A DNA stretch of 64,000 nucleotides from Actinomycetota bacterium (GTDB lineage Bacteria > Actinomycetota > Acidimicrobiia > IMCC26256 > JACDBD01). The notes under the pieces were generated by a model. The model was not told the origin of the DNA, searched no databases, and was given only the letters and a program-made list of their open reading frames with translations. The translations under genes and the position numbers were made by a program. This document shows, one piece after another, positions 58,701 to 64,000 of the stretch (the stretch's first letter is position 1; the number at the start of each line of letters is the position of its first letter). The stretch is taken from positions 48,025-112,024 of the forward strand of contig JBQTGU010000061.1 in assembly GCA_052390575.1 (NCBI GenBank). The letters are read 5' to 3'.

Positions 58701-59193
58701 ACTGGAAGCGTGCCGCCGAATCCCGTGCGCCGTCGTAGTCGCCCCGCAGGAGCTGCTGGGAGACGAGCCCACCGAGGCACCCGCTGGTGCCCATGAGCCC
58801 GGCGCCGTATTGCTCCAGCAGGTCGAAGTCGACTCGGGGCTTGTAGAAGAACCCGTCGAGGTAGGCGTGGGATGCGACCTTGATCAGGTTGCGGTAGCCC
58901 TCGTTGGTCTCGGCCAGCAGGGTGAGGTGGAAGATCTCGTGGTCGGCGCGCCGCGGCCGGTCGAAGCGGCTGCCCTCGATCTGGTAGGCCTCGATCCCGA
59001 TTACGGGTTTGATCCCCGCCTCGCGCGCGGCGCGGTAGAAGTCGAGGATGCCGTACATGTTCCCGTGGTCGGTGATCCCGACCGCGGGCTGGCCGTCGGC
59101 GGCGGCGGTCGCGACGACATCGTCGATGCGGGCGGCCCCGTCGAGCATCGAGAACTCGGTGTGCAGATGGAGGTGAGCGAACGACTTGGCCAC
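55711..59193 (-). CDS. dnaE: DNA polymerase III alpha subunit
   Basis: PHP domain HLHLHTEFS.LDG, GRGSAAGS, PDIDMDF and YAFNKSH motifs. Confidence 0.98.
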   Translation of the reverse strand: MAKSFAHLHLHTEFSMLDGAARIDDVVATAAADGQPAVGITDHGNMYGILDFYRAAREAGIKPVIGIEAYQIEGSRFDRPRRADHEIFHLTLLAETNEGYRNLIKVASHAYLDGFFYKPRVDFDLLEQYGAGLMGTSGCLGGLVSQQLLRGDYDGARDSAARFQSVLGRDSFFIELQDHGLPEQGQVNPQLVRMARELNAPLLATNDSHYTHKADAEAHDALLCVQTGALRDDPNRFKFDAEEFYLKTAAEMRHLFADYEEACDNTLLIADRADVEIEFGKPELPAFPTPAGHDENSYLRELTLAGARDRYSEPIPAEVAERIEFELGVIKEMGFSAYFLVVWDLVRYAKERKIRVGPGRGSAAGSCVAYCLRIVDIDPIRYDLLFERFLNPGRKQMPDIDMDFDERHRGEMIRYAAQRYGWDHVAQIVTFSTIKARAAVRDASRVLGYPWLVGDKIAKLMPPLIMGRDTPLRACLEKVEGQEDGYKMAAELRSLYDTDPDAKRVIDVARGLEGLRRQDGIHAAAVVITREPLTEYLPIQRKPEPGGDLESAPIVTQYEMHGVEDLGLLKMDFLGLRNLSVIERSLELIEASTGERVDIDAVPLDDEPTFEMLKRGDSIGVFQLEGAPMRALMRSLAPSTFEDVCALVALYRPGPMAANMHTDYADRKNGRKPVTYYHDSLVDILEPTYGLMVYQESLMRVAQRLAGYTLEEADNLRKAMGKKIRSLIAKERSKFVEGCANQGHSRDFGEHMFDIIEPFADYAFNKSHSVGYGLVAYQTAYLKANHPVEYLAALLTSVKANKDQTAVYLNECRQRSIPVLVPDVNESESDFAVRDGSIRFGLSGVRNVGEGMVAHVVAARTAGGLFTDFHDFCDRVDMTVLNKRTVESLIKAGAFDSLGHPRQGLLHVHEQIIDQVLEVRRRRDQGEMSFFDLGPNAGADDFDHRVDIPDTEFGKAERLREEKEMLGLYVSEHPMMSAERALRRYTECTLAELKECREGEMRVVGGVVTALSRKYTKRGDLMATFVLEDLGAAMEVMVFPKTMTGFGHLIEDDAIICVKGRLDLRDEQPKIIAMDVTRPELVLDGSPPVRVRVKLGALSAEKVERLREILREHPGESPVYVHLDSPEKTTVLQLADDFLVGSSNGLYAELRILFGADCIA

Positions 59194-59215
59194 GCGCCGA
59201 CGACCCCCCTCCCAC

Positions 59216-59274
59216 ATATCCACAGCCCTGGGGAGAGGCCTGTGGAGAATCACACCGTTGTAGTTCCGAACATA
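59216..59274 (-). promoter_or_regulatory. dnaE leader with two inverted DnaA-box-like 9-mers and -10 TATGTT
   Basis: ATATCCACA (59216-59224, +) and TTCTCCACA (59249-59241, -), each one mismatch from TTATCCACA; TATGTT at 59274-59269. Confidence 0.55.
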
Positions 59275-59293
59275 GCGCGGGTGGCCGGGGTTG

Positions 59294-60400
59294 TCAGCGC
59301 CCTTCTCGACCTCTTCCTCTCCCCCGGCCCGCCAACAGCGGAACCTGCATCTCGTCGGGAGTCAGAGAGCCGTGCATGGCGAGGAGGGTGGCCTCCTGCG
59401 GCAGCGCCGGGTCGACGAACCCCACGGGGTCGCGGGCGGCCAGCACCACGTCCCCGATCCGGCCGCCGATCGAGCCGGTGGGCCGGGGGCCGAGCCAGCC
59501 CTCGTCGAGCAGCTGCTCGCGGGTCAGCACCCAGGCGTGCGCGCCCACTTCGGCGTGGGCGGCCTCGGCCAGCTCGGCGGCCGCGCCCGACTTCGCGTAG
59601 AGATATCGGAACCGGGCGTCGCCCGCTTGGAGCTCGATCAGCGCCTCGAGCGCGGACAGCTCGATCCAGCTCTCGGGCTCGATGTGCATCTGGCCGTGAT
59701 CCGACGTGACGAGGAGCGCGGCCGACTCCGGCAGCGCGTCCAACATCCCGGCCACGAGTGCATCGGCGGCGCGCAGCTCGGCCCGGTAGAAGTCGCTGCG
59801 GAGGCCGTGCTCGTGCGCAACCGTGTCGACGCCCGGGTAGTAGGCGTAGACGAGCCGCTCACCGGTGGCGACGAGCCGGCGGCAGTGCACGATCAGCGAT
59901 GACACCGTGCTCCACCCGACGAAGCGGGTCCCCCGCAGCTGGGCGTCGGTGAACCCGGTGTGCAGGAACTCCCGGCGCGTCACCACCGGGACGGGGCGCC
60001 CGAGGAACGCGTCGTGACGCTGCACCGCGAAGGGATCGGGCGCTCGGCTCCCGGTCGGCCACCGCAGGACGTTGAGCACGGCGCCGTCGACTCGCATCCG
60101 GAAGCCGACCAACCCGTGCTGCGACGGCGCGAGCCCGGTGGCGAGCGAGGTGAGCGCGCTGGCTGTCGTCGACGGCGCCACCGTGGTGATCGCCTCGCCG
60201 GAGAGCGAGGCGAGCGCCGGGAGCTCCTGCCCGTGCGACCGGACCGCCTCCGCCCCGAGCCCGTCGAGCGCCAGGAGGACGACCGCGTCCGCCCCGGCCA
60301 CCGGCTCCGGCAACCAGTCGACCGGCTGCACCCCGACGAGCGCGGGCGCCAGGCCGGTGACGCACCGGCCGCCGTAGTCGGGTACGAGGGGATCGATCAC
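59294..60400 (-). CDS. Alkaline phosphatase superfamily (nucleotide pyrophosphatase/phosphodiesterase-like) protein
   Basis: DGLG, PSTT, D..AH..G, TSDHG and HGSLT motifs. Confidence 0.88.
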   Translation of the reverse strand: MIDPLVPDYGGRCVTGLAPALVGVQPVDWLPEPVAGADAVVLLALDGLGAEAVRSHGQELPALASLSGEAITTVAPSTTASALTSLATGLAPSQHGLVGFRMRVDGAVLNVLRWPTGSRAPDPFAVQRHDAFLGRPVPVVTRREFLHTGFTDAQLRGTRFVGWSTVSSLIVHCRRLVATGERLVYAYYPGVDTVAHEHGLRSDFYRAELRAADALVAGMLDALPESAALLVTSDHGQMHIEPESWIELSALEALIELQAGDARFRYLYAKSGAAAELAEAAHAEVGAHAWVLTREQLLDEGWLGPRPTGSIGGRIGDVVLAARDPVGFVDPALPQEATLLAMHGSLTPDEMQVPLLAGRGRGRGREGR

Positions 60401-60458
60401 CCCACCGTATTCGCCGTACTGCGCGGGAACGCGTCTCCGACGCGCGACCATGGCGGCG

Positions 60459-60872
60459 ATGAAGGTCTCGACCCGGGGCGACTACGCCGCGCGGGCCCTG
60501 CTCTCACTCGCCCTCCACGGCTCCGACCGGCCCACGTCGGTCAAGGAGATCGCCGAGCGCACCACCCTCCCCCAGCCCTACCTCGAGCAGATCCTCCTGG
60601 CAGTCAAGGGGGCCGGGCTCGTCCGCTCGAAGCGGGGCGTGGGTGGCGGCTACGTCCTCGCCCGTCCGGCCGAGGAGATCACGCTGGCCGAGATCCTCGC
60701 CGCGGTCGAGGGCCCCCTCACGACGCTGATGGAGGAGCACGACCACTGTGAGGGCCACTGCGTGCTCCAGGAGGTCTGGGTGGGCGTGTCGGAGGAGACC
60801 CGCCAGATCCTCGAGCGGTTCACGCTGTCCGACCTGGTCGAGCGCACCCGGATCGGCCATCCCGACTCATAG
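60459..60872 (+). CDS. Rrf2 family transcriptional regulator
   Basis: MKVSTRGDYA, YLEQIL and S.RG..GGY.LAR motifs. Confidence 0.93.
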   Translation: MKVSTRGDYAARALLSLALHGSDRPTSVKEIAERTTLPQPYLEQILLAVKGAGLVRSKRGVGGGYVLARPAEEITLAEILAAVEGPLTTLMEEHDHCEGHCVLQEVWVGVSEETRQILERFTLSDLVERTRIGHPDS

Positions 60873-60879
60873 GCCCGCC

Positions 60880-61782
60880 TCATAGCGACGCCAGGACCGC
60901 CTCCAACTCGTCCGGGAGCGGCTCCTCGAATCGCATCGTCTCGCCCGACGTCGGGTGCACGAACGCCAGCCTGGTCGCGTGCAGGAACGGGCGGGCCAGC
61001 GGCAGCGACGGCCGCGCCCCGCGGTAGGCCGAATCACCGACTACCGCGTGGCCGATCGCGGCCAGGTGCACCCGGATCTGATGGGTGCGGCCGGTCTCGA
61101 GCCGGCACTCGAGCAGCGACACGACCGGGTCATCGAACTCCCGCACCACCTCGTACGAGGTGCGCGCGTCGCGACCACCTTCGCGGACGGCCATGCGCGT
61201 CCGCTGCGCCGACGACCGGCCGATCGGCGCGTCGACCGCCCCCCGCGGTGCGTCCAGGTGACCCCAGACGAGCGCGAGGTAGCGCCGGTCGACCTCGCGC
61301 CGCGCCATCTGGTCTACGAGCGCCTCGTACGCCGAGGCTGAGCGCGCCACCACCATCAACCCGCTCGTCGCCCGATCCAGTCGGTGCACGATGCCGGGGC
61401 GGGCGCGGTCACCGACGCCTTCGATCTCCGGGAACAGGCCCAGGAGGCCGTTCACCAACGTGCCTCCCGCATTGCCGGCACCCGGGTGAACCACCAGCCC
61501 GGAGGGCTTTACCAGGACGATGACGTCGTCGTCGACGTGACGCACGTCGACGGCCACGTCTGGGTCGGGGCCCGGTGGCGCCGGCGGTTCGGGTTCGCTG
61601 AGCAGCTCGACGACCTCGCCCGCGGCGAGCTTCCTGCTCTTCGCCACCGGCCGGCCGGTCACGAGGACGTCGCCGGCGGCGCAGAGACGGCTGATCTCGC
61701 TCCGGGTCCATCCGGTCAGCGTGGCCAGGGCGCGGTCGACGCGCTCACCGGCCAGCACGGGCGGGACCTCCAGCTCACTCAC
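60880..61782 (-). CDS. rluD: RluA family pseudouridine synthase (RluD-like)
   Basis: S4 domain; KP.GLVVHP, HRLD..TSG and GRTHQIR motifs. Confidence 0.92.
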   Translation of the reverse strand: MSELEVPPVLAGERVDRALATLTGWTRSEISRLCAAGDVLVTGRPVAKSRKLAAGEVVELLSEPEPPAPPGPDPDVAVDVRHVDDDVIVLVKPSGLVVHPGAGNAGGTLVNGLLGLFPEIEGVGDRARPGIVHRLDRATSGLMVVARSASAYEALVDQMARREVDRRYLALVWGHLDAPRGAVDAPIGRSSAQRTRMAVREGGRDARTSYEVVREFDDPVVSLLECRLETGRTHQIRVHLAAIGHAVVGDSAYRGARPSLPLARPFLHATRLAFVHPTSGETMRFEEPLPDELEAVLASL

Positions 61783-62284
61783 CTTCGGGTTGGTACCTCC
61801 ACCCCCAGATCACGAGCAGCACCGCGCCGATCGTGATGGAGGAGTCGGCCACGTTGAAGCTCGGGAAGTCGCCCACCCTGATGAAGTCGACGACCGCGCC
61901 CCGCAGGAAGCTTGGGGCACGGAAGATCCGGTCGAGGAGGTTGCCGACGGCACCGGCGAGCACGAGCGCGAGCGCCACGAGGATCACCCGGTCCTGCGTG
62001 CGTTGGAGCGCCCGCACGAGGATCACCGCGACGATGACGGCCAACACCGCCAGGACGGGCGTGAACTCCTGGAACAGGCTGAACGCGCCGCCGGTGTTGC
62101 GGCTGAGGCGGAACTCCACCGTCGTGCCCACGATCGACAGCGGTGCATCCGACAGCGTCGCGACCACCCATGATTTCGTCAGCTGGTCGAGGGCGATGAT
62201 CCCGACGACGAGGACGGTGACGAGCGCGGTGCGGCCGTGGTTCGCTTCCGTCTCGGGGCCTGCGCTACCGGCGTCGCTCGGCAC
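61775..62284 (-). CDS. lspA: Lipoprotein signal peptidase II
   Basis: DQLTK, N.G.AFS, GNLLDR, VVDF and FNVAD motifs; start approximate. Confidence 0.94.
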   Translation of the reverse strand: MPSDAGSAGPETEANHGRTALVTVLVVGIIALDQLTKSWVVATLSDAPLSIVGTTVEFRLSRNTGGAFSLFQEFTPVLAVLAVIVAVILVRALQRTQDRVILVALALVLAGAVGNLLDRIFRAPSFLRGAVVDFIRVGDFPSFNVADSSITIGAVLLVIWGWRYQPEGE

Positions 62285-63062
62285 GTGCCTTGCAGTCGAC
62301 GCACTCCTCGGCATACGGGATCGCCTCGAGGCGCTCCAGCGCGATGCGCCGCCCGGCGGGGACGCAGAGGCCGTACGTCTTGGCGTCCATGCGGGCCAGG
62401 GCCCGGTCGATCGCGTCCACGATCTGGCGGGCCGACGCCGAGAGGAGGAGGTCGCGCTCCCGCTCGACGTTCACCGTGTCGCCCTCGCCCGACTCCTCGT
62501 CGAACTGCGTGTCGCCCGGGTCACGCTCCATGGCCAGCGCCTCGGCCTCGGCCTGGAGCTCCTCGGCCTGCCGGACGTGGCGCTCCCGCTCCTCGAGCAG
62601 CTTGCGCCGGAGTCGCTCGACCGTCTTCTCCGAGAGGTTCGGCGTCGTCGGCATCACCTCGAAGCCCGACAGCGGGCAGATCACTGAACCCGGCTTCCGC
62701 GGCGGCAGCTTGCGGTCGAGCAGCGACGACTTCTTCGGCGGCGCCTTCTTCTCCGCCTTGGGCTTCGCCTCCGGCGCCTTCTTCTTGACCGGTGCCTTCT
62801 TCGCCTCCGGCGCCTTCTTCTTGACCGGTGCCTTCTTCGCCACCACCTTCTTCTTCTTCGCCGGTGCCTTCTTCTTGGCGGGCACCTTCTTCTTGGCGGG
62901 CACCTTCTTCTTGAGCGCCTTCTTCTTCGGGGCGCGTTTGGGCGCGGCTTTGCGCCGCGCCTGGGTCTTCGCCTTGGCAGCTTTCTTCGCCCGGGCCGGC
63001 TTCGCTTTCGCCTGCTTGCGCCCCGGGGCCGCCTTCTTCGCCGACTTCTTCGGCGTCGCCAT
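62265..63062 (-). CDS. TraR/DksA family regulator with histone-H1-like Lys/Ala/Pro-rich N-terminus
   Basis: AL.R....YG.C....I..ERLEA.P....C..C C-terminus; many PAKKK repeats. Confidence 0.88.
   Translation of the reverse strand: MATPKKSAKKAAPGRKQAKAKPARAKKAAKAKTQARRKAAPKRAPKKKALKKKVPAKKKVPAKKKAPAKKKKVVAKKAPVKKKAPEAKKAPVKKKAPEAKPKAEKKAPPKKSSLLDRKLPPRKPGSVICPLSGFEVMPTTPNLSEKTVERLRRKLLEERERHVRQAEELQAEAEALAMERDPGDTQFDEESGEGDTVNVERERDLLLSASARQIVDAIDRALARMDAKTYGLCVPAGRRIALERLEAIPYAEECVDCKARAERRR
62763..62841. repeat. Perfect 36-bp tandem duplication in the dksA-like gene
   Basis: Units at 62763-62798 and 62799-62834 encode KAPVKKKAPEAK twice. Confidence 0.9.
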
Positions 63063-63073
63063 CACATGGCTCC

Positions 63074-63126
63074 CTCGCTCGGCGCCGGGATACCCGGCGC
63101 CGCCCTGCGGGACGCTCGTCCGCACG
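63074..63126. repeat. REP-like copy 5 in the dksA-like leader
   Basis: gct-CGGCGCCGGG-ATA-CCCGGCGCCG-ccctgcgggacgctcgtccgcacg; same architecture as copy 4. Confidence 0.7.
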
Positions 63127-63234
63127 GACATTCCAGAGCCCGCCCCGGCATCGGTCCGCTTGGGGCCGGGAGGGCGCCGGAGTGTAGGCCGACCGGTGCG
63201 TTAGTTCAACGCTGCCGGGTCGACAGAGCGCGGC

Positions 63235-63585
63235 TCAGGTTGGAGGGCGGCGCGGCTCGCCGATACGCGTGGCTGCCTCGTCGAGGGCGTTGCGCAACTG
63301 CACCTCGAGCTCCTCGGGGGTGATGCCCTGGATACGGAACCGCTTGACCCGCGACTTCCCGCCGCTCACGAGCTCGAGGTCCTTCGCCGGGACCTCGAGC
63401 GCCTCGGAGAGGAGCGCGACCGCGGCGTCGTTGGCCCGCCCTTCGACCGGCGGCGCCGCGACCCGGATCTTGAGCGAGTCGCCGTGTCGTCCGACCACCG
63501 CAGCGCGACCGGCTCCGGGTTGCACGTGCACGTGCAGCACGACCGCGCCGTCCTGGACGTTATAGAGGTCCGAGAGTTCAGGCAT
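63235..63585 (-). CDS. DUF167 (YggU) family protein
   Basis: VQPGA, APPVEGRAN and G.KSR.K motifs. Confidence 0.9.
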   Translation of the reverse strand: MPELSDLYNVQDGAVVLHVHVQPGAGRAAVVGRHGDSLKIRVAAPPVEGRANDAAVALLSEALEVPAKDLELVSGGKSRVKRFRIQGITPEELEVQLRNALDEAATRIGEPRRPPT

Positions 63586-63608
63586 TCGCCGGTACATTAC
63601 GTCGTGTG

Positions 63609-64000
63609 ATGCCGTTCGAGCCGGTGCCGTCCCGCTTCGAGCCGGTCGCGCTCGAGGAGCGGGTCGCGCGGCGCTGGCGCGACGGCCAGGTGTTCGCCGA
63701 GAGCCTCCGGCGGCGCGAGGGCGCGCCCGAGTGGGTGTTCTACGAGGGCCCGCCGACCGCCAACGGACGACCGGGCATCCACCACGTGCTCGGCCGGGTG
63801 TTCAAGGACCTCTATCCCCGGTTCCACACGATGCGGGGCCGTTACGTCGCGCGCAAGGGCGGCTGGGACTGCCACGGCCTCCCGGTGGAAGTCGAGGTCG
63901 AGAAGGAGCTCGGCTTCTCGGGCAAGCCGCAGATCCTGGAGTATGGCATCGAGGCGTTCAACCAACGCTGCCGGGAGTCGGTGTACCGCTACGTCGAGGA
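63609..64000 (+). CDS. ileS: Isoleucine--tRNA ligase, type 2 (runs off window end)
   Basis: Manual translation: MPFEPV...FYEGPPTANGRPGIHHV...KGGWDCHGLPVE. Confidence 0.96.
   Translation, partial: MPFEPVPSRFEPVALEERVARRWRDGQVFAESLRRREGAPEWVFYEGPPTANGRPGIHHVLGRVFKDLYPRFHTMRGRYVARKGGWDCHGLPVEVEVEKELGFSGKPQILEYGIEAFNQRCRESVYRYVE

Noticed and set aside
55711-59193. Possible intein in DnaE
   Set aside because: Length and motif spacing are normal, with no splicing motifs seen.
42107-62910. Tandem repeats at 42.1 kb and 62.8 kb as possible CRISPR arrays
   Set aside because: They have no spacers, are in-frame coding repeats, and no cas genes are present.
64-63965. Many long antisense or alternative-frame ORFs (e.g. 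13526-16723, 32216-34513, 20112-22091)
   Set aside because: Shadow ORFs expected from high GC3; they overlap well-supported genes and show no family motifs.

Overview
High-GC actinobacterial chromosome segment (gene order and content suggest Acidimicrobiia-like; inference) made mostly of minus-strand housekeeping operons. These include pyrR-pyrB, aroCKB-aroQ-pepQ-efp-nusB-clpS, alaS-ruvX-mltG-aroE, hisS-aspS-rarA, ruvCAB-yajC-secDF-rel, pdxST-yebC, pgsA-patA-pimA, thrS-HIT, dksA-like-lspA-rluD, dnaE and the start of ileS. Small accessory inserts are a yybP-ykoY riboswitch-TerC-carbonic anhydrase module, an LVIVD-like secreted protein, a cox S/M/mocA/G module lacking the large subunit, and a hydrolase-cyclase plus RtcB pair. 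No rRNA, tRNA or CRISPR array was seen. Main observations: (1) an orphan AbiEi-wHTH/DUF559 nuclease gene bracketed by two inverted 44-bp palindromes (GTTGTCAC-N28-GTGACAAC), a candidate non-transposase mobile unit; (2) a modular REP-like hairpin family with five triloop copies plus an empty scaffold, one copy forming a MIRU-like coupling mini-ORF and another read as a protein tail; (3) a PyrR operator next to the RBS with an intrinsic terminator inside the pyrR ORF; (4) an IMPase-family gene directly after the PIM operon; (5) two probable CTG starts and many leaderless-type promoters. All calls come from manual reading; no database searches were run.
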